Assembly (NCBI RefSeq): GCF_009914755.1
Contig: NC_060926.1
DNA length: 64,000 nt
Direction: 5' to 3' (one strand)
Source of the DNA: the human T2T-CHM13v2.0 reference genome, Homo sapiens
Shown: positions 37,540 to 50,560 of the stretch, in pieces
How the letters are laid out: every line of letters starts with the position of its first letter
Position numbering within the stretch: the first letter of the stretch is position 1
Program-made: the position numbers and the translations under genes
Notes under the pieces: generated by a model
Told to the model about the DNA's origin: nothing
What the model saw: the letters and a program-made list of their open reading frames with translations, nothing else
Database searches by the model: none

Positions 37540-39915
37540 AATAAAATTGACAAGACTTTTAGCTAGAATAATCAAAAAAAAAAAAAATAAAGAAGGCTCA
37601 AATTATAAAGTCAGAATGGAAGAAGAGACATCATTACCAATCTTACATAAATAAAAAAAAATTTATAAGGGAATGTTATGAACAACTACATACCAATGAA
37701 TTAGATAATATATCTGAATTAGATAAATTTTTAGAAGACACAAATTACAGAAAATTCCTCAAGAAATATAGAAATAATGAATAAATCTTTAACAAGTAAA
37801 ACAATTGCATTAGTAAGTTTAAAACTCACCAAACATTCAAAGAAAAATTGATACCAATACTTCAGAAACCCTTCCAAAAAACACAAGAGCAAGGAACACT
37901 TCTCACCTCATTATCTGAAGTCAGCATTACTGGGTCATCATACAAAGAGACACCACAAGAAAACAAAACGTCAGATCATTACCCCTTATTAATATAGACC
38001 CAAAAGTACTCAACAAAGCATAAGCAAATTCAATAAAACAACATATAAATACATATATACACTAAAACAAAGTGAGACTTATCCTAGAAATGCAAGGTTT
38101 GTTCAACGTCAAAAAATTACTTAATGTAATATACCATACTAATAGAAGAAAGAGCAAAGCACTTTCTTATATCCTTTCTCAATGGACGCAGAAAAAAACT
38201 GACAAAAGCCCAATGCCCATTTAAGATAAAAATGCCCAACAAACTAGAACTAGAAAAGGACTTTCTCAGCCTGATAAAGATCACTATGGAAAGCCCACAG
38301 CTAATATCATACTTAATAGTAAAAGACTGAATGCTCTCTCCATAAGATCAGGATTAAGATGAGAATGTACATTCTTGCAACTCCTATTCAACATTGTAAG
38401 GGAGGGTCTAGCCAGGGCAATTATTTAAGAAAAAGAAGTGAAAATGAAAGTCAAAGGTTAAAAAGGAAAAAGTAAAACTATTCCATTTGCAGATGGCAAG
38501 ATTTTGTATATAGAAACTATTTACAATTTCATTAAAAAACCATTAAAACTGGTAAATGAGTTGAGCAAGTTTGCAGAATACAAGATCAATATGCTAAAAT
38601 AACCTGCGTTTCTATGCATCTGCAGTAAAATTGCAAAAATGAAATTAAGAAATCAATTTTGTTTATAATAATATTAAAGAGAACAAAATACTTAGGAGTA
38701 CATTTAATAAAATATACACCAACATCATTGAAGGAAATTAAAGATTTAATGAATAGAAAGATAGTCCATGTCCATGAATCAGATGACTTCATATTTTTTA
38801 AGATGAGTATGCTTCCCAATTTAACCCACAAGTACAAAACTATCCCAATCAAGTTAGCAGCTGCTTCTTTGTAGAAATCACTAATTGGTCCTTAAATTCA
38901 TTTAGAAATGCAAAGGACCCCAAAAATCTAAAACAATCTTGAAAAACAACAATAAAATTAGATTACTCAAACTTCCCAATTTCAAAATTTACTACAAATC
39001 TATAGTCACCAAGAAAGTGTGGTACTGACACAAGGCTAGATGTATAGATCAATGAAACAAAATTGAGAGTGCATAAATAAACCATATTTTTATGATCAGT
39101 TGATGTTCAACAAAAGTGCAGTGGCAATTTCATGAAGAAAGAATACTCTTTTTAACAAATTGTGGAGGGACATCTGGACATCCACATACAAAAGAATAAA
39201 TTTGGATCTCTACCACATAATATATACAGACATAAACTCAAAATGAATCATAAACCTAAATGTAAGAGCTAAAACACTAAAACTCTTAGAAGAAAACAAA
39301 AAATAAATCTTTGTGGCTTTATGTCAAGCAATGGTGTCTTTGATATAACATCAAAAGCACAGGTAACAAAAGAAATAATATAAATTGCATTTAAAATTAA
39401 AAACTCTTATTTTGCAAATAATACCATCAAGAAGTGAAAAAGACAAACCTCATAATGGGAGAAAATAGTTACCTATACAAAAAAACAAAAATATAGCTAT
39501 CTATACAATTGAATATTATTTGGCAATAAAGAATGAAGTATTGATACATGTTATAGCATAAATGAACTTTGAAACCATTATGCTAAGTGACAGAAGTCAG
39601 TTTTGAAAGACTGTATACTGTATGTTTACATTTACATAAAATTTTCAGAATAAGCAAATCTATAGAAACAGAGAGTAGATTGGTGGTTGTCTAGGGCTTG
39701 GGAGATGGGGAAAGCAAAACATGAAAAAGAAAGAAGGATCTGCTAATAGGGATGGGGTTTCTTTGTAGGGATGAGGAGGAGCAATAAAATGGTCTAAAAT
39801 TAGATTGCTGTGCTGTTTGTACAAGCTTGTGCACATACGGAACAAAACTGAACTGTAAGCTTTAAATGGATGAATTGTATGGTATAAGAATCATATTTCA
39901 ATAGAGCTGCTTAAA
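37540..39915 (+). mobile_element. Old L1M (L1MB/MC-like) ORF2 and 3'UTR remnant with internal deletions
   Basis: 'gaaagcccacagctaatatcatacttaat', 'tttgcagatggcaagatttt', 'cctaaatgtaagagctaaaac', and 3'UTR 'gaaacagagagtagattggtggttgtctagggc'. Confidence 0.9.
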
Positions 39916-40339
39916 ATGTATTGTTTGGGACTATCTTTTCTACAGGGTAGAATTCAGTCACATCTCTATTAGACAAAATTCATTGTATTTCTTTAAGGAG
40001 GATCATTTGCATTACTGTCAGTTTTCCACAAGTAAAATAACTTAGAAAATTGAAATTCAGTTAAAGAGAAACATCTCAATATAATCAGATATCCCCAGAG
40101 GATACCCTAGACAATGCTCAGCTCTCTACTGAATGGATACTTAGGTATCTCTTGCCCATTTCCAAGTCCTGCAATTTCCCTTGAAAAATATGAAGCTTGT
40201 TCTAACCACAGGACCTATACCAGTTCTATCCCCTCTACTTCAAGCATTCTTCATACATATATTTACCTGGCTCATTCCCCTTTTTCATTCCGGTCTCTGC
40301 TCAACTGTTAGCCTCTTATTAAGAGCTTCCCTAATCACA

Positions 40340-40852
40340 TGTATTAGTTATGTTTAACACATTGTCCCACAAAGCTGTGGCTTTAAACAACAAATATTAT
40401 CTCAGAGTTTCTCTAAGTCAGGAATCTAGGATTATCTTACCTGGGTGGTTCTGGTTCCGGAACTTTCCTTCCACCGCAGTCAGAAGGTTGGTAGGGGCTG
40501 TAATCATCTGAAGGTCTGACTGGGGCTGGAGAATCTATTTCCTAGATGGCTCCTTTACATGGCTGTTGGCAGGAGGCCTCCATTCCTTGCGACATGAACC
40601 TCTTTATAAACTGCTTGAGTATCCTCACAACATGACAGCTAACTTCCCCAGAGAAGACAATCTAAACACAGGAGGAGGAAGACACAGTGGCTTTATTATC
40701 CAGCCTGAAAGCCATACATCATCACTTCTACTTTATTCTATTTGCTAGAAGAAGTCACTAAGCCAAGCCCACACTCAAGGGGAGGTAGCTTAGGCTGCAC
40801 CTTTTGAAGAGAGGGTGAAAGAGTTTGTGGACCTATTTTAAAGCACTATAAC
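40340..40852 (-). mobile_element. MLT1 (MLT1F/G-like) solo LTR inside an L2 remnant
   Basis: 'tgtattagtta...gtcaggaatctagg...tcatctgaaggtctgactggggctggaga...gaagtcactaagccaagcccacactcaagggga'. Confidence 0.8.
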
Positions 40853-42999
40853 ACACCCCTATGCAAACACATCTCCTTGTCTGGTACTTTCTACTGCCTT
40901 ATTTGATTTTTGCTTCCTTCATAACATTGGTATTATTATATTATATATGTATGTGTGAATTATTGCTTTCCCCACCACAATATAAGATCAATAAAAATAT
41001 TGCATTATTTCACACTGAATACTCAGCACATATAATAGTACAAGACATATATTAATTCAATGACTGTTTTGTTTCCTAATTAAATGAACATATGGATGAA
41101 GTTATAAATTACAGGAGCAGAACCAGGCTTGGAAACTAGGTACAATGACTCCTAACCTATGCTATTTCCCCGTATTTTACCTTAGCGGAATTCTAATGGT
41201 TGAATGCACCTCAACAGTGATTCTGCATGAGGAAAGGGATCCTCCCAGTCCTCCATGACATCACTCAATTGAGACCTCTTCCACACTTCACAGATCTAAA
41301 ACAAACCCTGCTGACCAAAATTCAAGAAAGTCTTTCTTTGATCCATATGCACAAACAAAAACCCCCTCATCTTTTAAGAGTCTGCACGGGGCCTTGGAAG
41401 GGTGGGATATGTCTGATACCCCCACATTTTCTCTTCTCTTTGTAAAGAGAAAGTTAAATAGCACTGAAGCAGCCTGGAGCCCAGGGTTTAATACAAGTAT
41501 TGCAACTGGGTTTAGGAGTAAGAGACCTTGAATGCTACCTTGCTTGTTCACTCCCGTTTATTCAGGATTTAGCAGGATTTCTGAAGCCAAATATTGATGC
41601 TCCTTGGCTCTGGAGAGCAAGGAAATCCACACACAATTAGGAAACAGATGGTAATGGAAAGTACACAGGATTGGGCATCCAGATACTTTGTATCTATCAC
41701 TAATTTGCTGAAAATTTTATTTTTCATACCTGTAAAATGGCAGGGTGTGGCTGAGGAGAGTATAGACAACTTCAAATTCCTATTCAGGTTCTACTGTTTT
41801 GTAAGTTCGGACATGTCTTAGCATCCCTTGGATAGTCTTTGCCAGTTTCTTTCCAGGTATTTCAACAACAATCAGCATGGGACTCACTTTCATGTTTCTC
41901 TCCCTTCTCTAGCAGCCTTCAGATTCTAGGAAGATGATGCGTATAAAAGAAAAAAAAAGGCATTTCTCAATGATCTTTTTAGTACAAAGAAAAGTGATGG
42001 GAGACATTTAAGACAAACTGCCCACTTCCCGCACAATATGAGGCAAAACACCAACTTCAGGGGACGGGAGAATGGAAATCTTAGCTCTTCCCTATCACCT
42101 CCCAGCCAGTGGGAAGTCAGAAAGAATGGTGACTCCTCACGCTTACAGAGGGCAGTGTTATTTCAAAGACTATGGTGAGTTCCCCAGCTCTCAGCAAGGG
42201 TACCATCTCACCACTCCCCTTGGTGCCCTCGATGGAGCTTCTCAATCAACACCAAAGGAGACGCGATCTTTAGGGAAACTCCAAGCCTCAGGAACTACCT
42301 CATTAAACTGGTGTCTTAGCTGAAGAGACAGTGGTGGGGGTGAATTGGCAACAAGATGTTCATATGTGCCCTCTGATTAATTCACAGGGGGAAATTGTCT
42401 TATAACTTTCCACCTGAATGTCTGCCTCTGCATAGCCATGGAGCAGTGCCCTGGAAACAGTAACAGTGATGATAACAATGAGAACAACACCCACTCTGTT
42501 TAAGCCCTAGCCCCAGGCAACCTCCTTACCTGATGTGACACCAGAAGGAAAGGACATGGCATTTTCTCCCTCGCGAATGTCTGGGAAATCCTATCCTTGC
42601 TTGGGTCTTGGGCTGCCATATTTCAATCAAAAGCAAAATGGAGAAAGAAGAATTTAAGAAGTTATTGGGAAGCAAGGAATAAGTGAAAGGAGAGAAAACT
42701 CAGTTTTTTTGCTTTACGGCCTGTGATATATGCAAGCTAACCAATTAAAGAATGTCAGAGCTAGAAACATTCTCAGAGATTTAGTTCAATGTCCTTCTGT
42801 TTTAGATGAAGAAATACCACAGACAGGTGAAGGAATTCATTCACAATCTCATGGTGTGAGGATCACTTGATGGTTAGGAGTTATGGTTGCAGACAGAAAT
42901 GAACGGGCCTGAAGAATGGAAGAAACAGGTGAGAAAGCCAAGATGCTGATTTCTACTGAGTTTTAGAAACCATGATCAATAGTATTAGTGACTCTTAAG

Positions 43000-43350
43000 G
43001 AGGGCGATAAAAGGGACAGAGTCCAGGATGTTCCCAGATTTCTAGCATGGGAGACTGGTTACATCTCGGTGACATGTATTAAGATGGGAGATACCAGAGA
43101 GGGAACAGGTCAAGAGTTTGAGACTATGTGTCTTATTTGAGAAGGAAATTCAGTTGCAACACCCAATAATCAATTAGGGTTGGAACCCAGGAGACAGGTT
43201 CCGATTTGAGAGACAACATGTACTGTGGGTGACAATCAAAGCCATGGGAATGGATGAGGTCTTTGAGAAAGAATTTGTAAAAGGGAGTGGAGAACAGAGC
43301 ATCTGAAAGAGATGGGTGCTTGAGGGGCAGAGAGAGAAAAAAGAAATGGG
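43000..43350 (-). mobile_element. L2 remnant
   Basis: 'gagtccaggatgttcccagatttctagcatgg...aaagccatgggaatggatgag'. Confidence 0.6.
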
Positions 43351-46300
43351 GAAACTGAGGAGTGGCCACTTGGGTTGGGGGTAGAACCTGGAATAGAATG
43401 TTGGAGTCAAGAATAGCTCACTGCAGAATCTAGGGTCCATGGAGCCCACATGTGCTTAGCCAGGCTCTCAGACCTTTTGCTCTTTCCTGGTCAGGATGAG
43501 GTAGGAAAGTCTCCAACATATTTGCTCTGATTTGCTCTCCTGCACGTCCCAATATGAAGTTTGTAGGCTCCTGAAGCAAAGTCAGTGTTCTCAGATACAA
43601 CCCAGAGTGAATGCCTCTAGGATCAGCCTCTGCTAAGCGATTTCCCAAATGCTCCATATAGCCCATTTGTAGTGTCCCGCATTGAAGGTCTGGTGTGCAG
43701 ATGTGTCTCTTTAGATAAGGGTGCTGCTCTTTTGATATCTGTTAAATCACAATGACTTGGACTGTCTCATGTTTAGAAGACTCAGAACTTTGTAGAAAAG
43801 ATGAGAGGAAAAGCGAAGAGAGGAAAAAGAGTAAGGAAGAGCACGGAAAAAGAAAAGCAGTTAAAACAAACATCTAAATAGAAGTCTCTGTGCTTTCAAA
43901 GCTTTGATTTCTCAAGCAAAACATTTCTTAAGTGAAAAAGCCACCACTTATTCATTCTTTATTTTTACCTTTCTAGTGTTTGGTGTAAAGTAGGAGCATA
44001 AATCATGTCCCATTAATTCATTCAAGAGTCCTAATGCTAATTCTATCAAAAAACCCAGCACAAAATGCCCAAGCATTCATTATAACAGGATTTGAGACCC
44101 AATGTGCTGCTCCTTCATGCTTCTCCTGAGAGCGATTTTCCTTGGTTACCCCCATCCTCCCTTTCACTGGCTTCCCCAGGCTCTGGCTTCTCCAAAGCAT
44201 TTGAAGAATAAGTAGTCATTCTTCATGCTACCTGTTCATTTTTTTCAAAATGAAAAGTTGTACAAAGTATGCAGAAAAGCACAAAAATATGCATTAGTCT
44301 TAAGAAGCCAGGGCTGTCCCAACATATTACTCCCATAATTTTCCACTGTGGGTTCCCAGATGGGTTGGATGGTGCTCATGATTCTTCAGCTTATTTCATG
44401 CCTTATGCAGCCAGCTCCTAGGGAGGTATGGAAAATGAGAGCCCAGTCTGGAACCTCAGACCTTCAGACTGCCAAGGGCTGGTAGGATTTCCCCAGCATC
44501 CAATCTTCATCCTTATAAGGGTCTGCTCTGCCAAGGACCCATTCTCTTGATTTCAGCTCAATGATCTTGTCTGCCTTGGCAGGGCCTGCTCACCACAAGC
44601 TTGGATGTCATGGAATTTTGGGGAAGAAAGAGCATTAAATACTTCTCCATGTTACTTCTTGCCCTCCCTGAAACAGTTGACTGGACTCTAACACTTGGTT
44701 TGGGGAAGAATTTTACCCCGAAGCCATCTGGCAAGGCTGAAGACATGTCTTTTTATATTCTGCTTTCCTTGGGAGTAATAGGCCAAGAGAGATTCATGTT
44801 TGTCTCACAAAGAGGAGGTGACCGTGGTTTCTGGCGACACCTTGCTTTAAGGCAGTGGAGTCAGGAGTAAAGAGGCTGGAAAAGCAGAATACTTACTCTA
44901 CCTCCACCCCTCACTCCCCTGGGGACTTGTCTATGGTCAAATCCCTAAAGACTCTCTTTTCACATTGATAAATCAGGGGCAAGAACCACATAGCTCACCC
45001 CAATTTAGTAAGGCCAAAACAAGAGAGGAGTAGTGAGCATTTGAGAAGCACTGACATGGAAATTATAAACAATGAAGCCCTCTATAAACAGGCTCTTGGC
45101 TGAGTTTTAGAGGTGGATTTCTTCATCTGGTTTGGGGCATGTCAGTTCATCCATATAACTCCTGCACGAATCTGATCCAAAGTGTGCAACTCAATTCCTT
45201 CTGCATCTCCTTCCCTCACCTTGCTCATTTCTATAGGACACAGTATATTTCAGCACATAACTGCACATCAAGTAAAATTTACTTGGGAGGGGTGGCAGCT
45301 AACCAGAATTTGAGTTCTTGCTCAGCGACATGGAATGTATGAAGCAAGGGCCTGGCTAAACAGCTTTATATAATACGACCGAGTAAAGTAGGGTAGTACC
45401 AACAAAGAATTTGACTAAGCCTTTGGAGCTTCTTGTCCTGACCAAGTTCACCTGTAGTGAGGAGAGAACAGCCATTCATGGATCACTCAGGTGGTGACAA
45501 GGCGACGAGGTAATGCCTTTACTTTCACAGCATATGAGTGGCCTCTCTGGGCTGTGGGCAGAAGCTGCCATGGCCTGGAGGCAGGTCCTGCCATTTTGAA
45601 AGTGCCTCCATATCACCCTTCCACATTCCTTTTGTGTTTGTAAATGTATGTCTGTCTATATAATCTCCCCCTCTATTCTGGCAGGAAACTCATTTTGTAA
45701 TGGAACAAAATCAGTCAGCTAGAGTGTCCACTAAATCGCTGTTGCGATATACAAAGGGGCTGGGTTGATATTTGATGTCGAAGAAAGAAAGAGAAAGTGG
45801 CCCTGAAGATAAGCCTGGGCCAAGAGGAAAACAGATCAGGCACCCTGAGACCTGGGAGGCACAAGCATGACGAATTTCTACCTTCTGTCTTGGTACAATG
45901 TCGACTAAATGTGTCTTTCCACTTTACATCTCAAAACTTAGGTAATGGGGTAGGAAAGCTTAGTGTAACTGAGACAGAATTGAGGACAATGAAGTCTGCT
46001 GGCCTGGCTTCCCGCTGTAATGACATGCTGGATATTCATCTCAGCTAAGCCACTTCAGACAATAAAGGAAAGGTCTTAGGATGTCAAATAATTAGTACTA
46101 GGCCTATGTGGCTGCTGTACGTTGTATTTATGTCTCATTGTGTAACACAGAGCAAGTCACTGCTCTCTGGAATTTTTCATCTGTAAAATTATATTACAGC
46201 TAAGAACTGACCTACCAGAGGGCAAGAGAGTTCCAGCCCTTTAACACCCTGGTATTGCATTAGGGTTGCTCAACCCAAGGGTCATGATGCATAACTCTCT

Positions 46301-47337
46301 GGCCATGGAGAATCGTTTGTGTGGCTAGAATTTCCTGCTGTGCCCCCAGCCCAATGCCAGGAAATCTCTCCTCTGTTTTTTTTAATTGATCTTTTGTTCG
46401 TATGTGTTGTTTCTTCTTTTCTTTGTAGGCTATGAGAAATTGAAGTAAAAGAGGAGGGCTAGTGATCTAGTAGGAACTGGATTTCAATTTTGAATCTGAG
46501 TACTTGGTGACATGAGATAGGGTGTTGATAGGTTCACCCATCACCTAACAGCAGAGCAAGGAGAAGATAAGATGGGATGCCAAGCACAAGAATAGATTTC
46601 TGAAGGGTCCCAGGGCCCATGAAGAGGGGCCAGACCCACACAGATCCCTACAGTAACTTAGGAGCTGGCACAAGGCAGTGAATTTAAGGGCAGTTGGTCC
46701 TTCACTCTAGGTATGTCCCTTTATGGTTTGGCAGCCAGGTATATGCCAGCTTTTCAGGGGCAGGCATTGAAAGCTGCTGTGGGAAGCACGGCTGGCAGAC
46801 CCTCCAGATTCTCGAAATTTCACCACTGTCCCTGGTATGTTGGCTAGGCCTGCCTCACTCCTTTCCCTCTTACTGACTCTCAAGAAAGGGATGCCAACCT
46901 GTCTGCTTTGTCTGGGAGACTTCTGCTGTTTCTGAGAAATACTGGCTATTGAGAATACCTTCCGGTCTCTGGTCCTCCCCAGTTCAATCAGCCACAGACA
47001 GGGCACTTGTTTCCTCCTTGCACCTTAAGGGACAATCCACCCACCTGCCTCCTCACTCCTCGCTCGCAATGCTTACTCAGCCTAGGCTGGAGCCCACCTG
47101 AAATGGGGAGGGCCAGGACAACTCTCTTCAGAAGTAAGGGGTGTGGGTGACTTTGTAATGTCTGAGGCTTTGGGTTTCTGAAAATGTCACTGTGTTTTTG
47201 CTGAGTCATGGCCAGTTTTCCTGATCTCCATTTTTCCTCTTACTGCTTTTGCCCCTTTTGTCTGGTCCTCATTCCTTAGAACTCAGATATCACAAAATGT
47301 CTCCTGGGAATAGATGTACTGAGGCACTGCTACCCTC

Positions 47338-47402
47338 TTTCTCTCTCTCTCCCTATCTCTCTCTCTCTCACACACCCCCACAGATACACACACACACACA
47401 CA
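47338..47402. repeat. Compound (CT)n/(CA)n microsatellite
   Basis: Directly visible. Confidence 0.9.
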
Positions 47403-47435
47403 GAGGAAACCTCATGAAATCTACAGGAAAAAGTA

Positions 47436-47516
47436 TTAGTTTGGTGCAAAAGTAATTTGCGATTTTTGCCATTCCTTTCAATGGCAAAAAACACCATTAC
47501 TTTTGCACCAACCTAA
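47436..47516. mobile_element. MADE1 (Hsmar1-derived MITE), intact palindrome with TA TSD
   Basis: ttagtttggtgcaaaagtaat...attacttttgcaccaacctaa, flanked by ta on both sides. Confidence 0.95.
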
Positions 47517-50164
47517 TATTTGGCATTCAATTACTTCTCAAGCAACTGATTGCCTAATCTCTTTTCCTTTAAAAAAATTTATGTTCTACCTGTATAAAAC
47601 AATATATAGTTTTGTTTTTTAAATTATTCAAGCTGGAAAGTACAAAAAAGTTTAAAAAATCACTCCAGTATTCCATCATTAAGACCACTCTTGTTACTTT
47701 TACGTAAGAATTGTTCCTGTGATCTCTCAATGTATACTGATAGGCATAACTTTCTAAAAATGAGATCTTACTGCTGTTTACTTTTTAAAATCAAAAGTAT
47801 TAAGTTTGCCTGAATTTAGACTAAGAAAAAGATTATTAGGAACCTTTAAAAAATCCTAATATAAAAAATGTCACTTTAACACATGAAATATTCATTCCTA
47901 AAAGGATTCTTTTTGTTTGGGGTAGGGGGAGGAGTTGCAAAACTTTAAGATATGGGAACCACGACATTTTTTAACTCATTAGACCCTGGCTTTTAGGGCC
48001 ATGGCTTGTATTTTACACTTGTTTAGAAGCTATGTTCTTCAAAAATAAAATTAGAACTCACCAGGTGTTTTAATTATTCTTTACACTCCTGCTTCAACAC
48101 TTTTGCATCGTGCTTCCTATCTACGTAACACGAAGAATCCCCCTCCACTGGGACAACCATCTAGAAAGGGGGAAGAGAAGGAGAGGTTAAGGAAGAGACT
48201 GAGAGGATCAGATATCTAGAGAAAATCCATTTGAAGCAAGGTAGACTGGCTTTCTGCCTAATTCCCCCTTTCTCTTAGCAATAACAGTTTCATAATTAGC
48301 TTTAGCCAGATTTCTAGATAATTAATCCTCCCACCACAACCTGCCCTACACCATTGTGACTTGGAAAAAAAATTAACCCCATTTTAATGGTACTGATCTA
48401 CTTACATATGTTCTTATAAAACTGCTTTAAAAATGCAGTATAAGTAAGTGTAATGCTTAGAAAGCTGTGGGGCATGTCTCAGTATCAAAGCATTACTGAA
48501 TTCAAAACAGCATGGGTATACCGGTATTCCAACCTGTACTCACATCTCTTCTAACATTTTAGGATGTGCCATAGCATATGTCAAGGTTGCTTATTAAACT
48601 TTCAATCTTCTCCTGTTCTTTGGCATCCCAAACTCCCTGACCCCTCATACTTCCTACCCCAGGAGAACTTGCCCTTCCATCCACAGCATTTTATCCCGCC
48701 ATCTTGGTCCCTCAATCTTCCCCCCTCCTTTTCTCCCCTTCCAGTGTGCTCCTCAGTAGTCATGAGCCTGGGCGCTTGCAGCTCCCGCTCAGGAATGCGC
48801 TTGCCTTGCTTTCGTCCTTTCTCTTATCAGAGAGGAGTGGGGAAGAGAGAAGATGAGCAAATATGCCATAAGAGGGGAAAGGCAGGGTCTGTCACCTCCA
48901 CTTTGCTGATGATTGATGTCATGTTGCACTGGCTTTGTGGCTGGGCCCTTGTGAAAGGTGTGAATAGTGGTGGGGTGGGGGACAGATTGTTTGAAACCAT
49001 CTCTCTCCGGTTGGTTTTGTTGGTTTCTCTACTCCTAGAAGCAGAGGAAAAAGAGGGGGAAGTTAAATATGTGGTGATGGTACTACCTTTTAATCAGTGT
49101 CTCCAAATATCCTTCAGAGCAGATTTTCTCAGCATCGGCCAGCATGAAACGAGGGTCTTTTTAAAGATCATTTTCTTTCTTGGATCAAAGTTTCTTTGTT
49201 TGTGATTCTGAGTTCCGTTCCTGTGTGTCTCTGTGGTAGGGCCTTGAATAGAGGACTAGAAGGAGAAGAATAAGAAGAAAAGTGTATATCAGGTGCTTTT
49301 AAAAAAATCAATTCAAACGAAAATTGCAGAAGGGTGCCTGGACAGCTAGGCTGACAGTGACCAGAGCTGGAGAGAGAGGCTCTGCCTGGTAACAGAGCTC
49401 TGATTGGCCAGACCTGTGCAAGGACTAGGCCTATAGGGACGGCTCTGAGCTGTGCTTCTGCAGGCAGCTGAACTTGGCAGGCACAAGCAAGCCCTGCAAA
49501 GACACGCTCAAAACAATCCAGAGTACAGACAGCTGCTGGCGTGAAGAAGCTGTGAGTACTGACAGCACTTGGGGTTGTGAGCCTGCCACTTAACTCTACA
49601 GCCTACTGCCTCTGCCTCTTGTGGTTAGATTTCTGTCTTCCAGATGATTAACTCTTTGAGACATGGTCTTACCAACAGTGGTAACACAGGCAGGGAGTGT
49701 CTTTGAAAAACAACTGGCCAGGGAGTCAGGGGTCTAGGTCTATACCAGGCATTAAATACTGTATGTATTAGCATGAACAGGGGTGTCTGCTTGACACTGT
49801 GGTACATGCTCCACACCACCAATCCCTCATACAGCCCAAGAAGATAGAAACAGTTACGATCCCATTTTCCAGAGAAGAGAACAGAATCAGGCCCTGCACA
49901 CACAGTCTGCAACTATTTGGGGGCACATGTGGACTCTCAACCATCTTCCGGTCGACAGCAGTTCAGTGTCAACTGGAAGACAGGCTGCTCTAAGGCAACG
50001 ATGTCTTCTGGCCAATTTTGGGCTGAAATTGAAGTATTAGGTAGAGCCAATTGTTCCTATTATTAAAAATAAAACCCTGGGAGAAAAGATTGAAAAACGA
50101 ATATTTTTTAGTGAGGAATTAATAGATATTTGTATTCACAAACTGAGTACTTAAATGCAGTTTA

Positions 50165-50560
<396 letters not shown>

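Noticed and set aside
37310-40120. AT-rich segments flanking the second L1 (37310-37540, 39920-40120) that look like a split repeat
   Set aside because: Probably another interspersed repeat interrupted by the L1, but I cannot assign a family by eye.
45371-45379. TAATACGAC, matching the start of the T7 promoter
   Set aside because: Only a 9-nt match that diverges immediately; a chance occurrence, with no other vector sequence.
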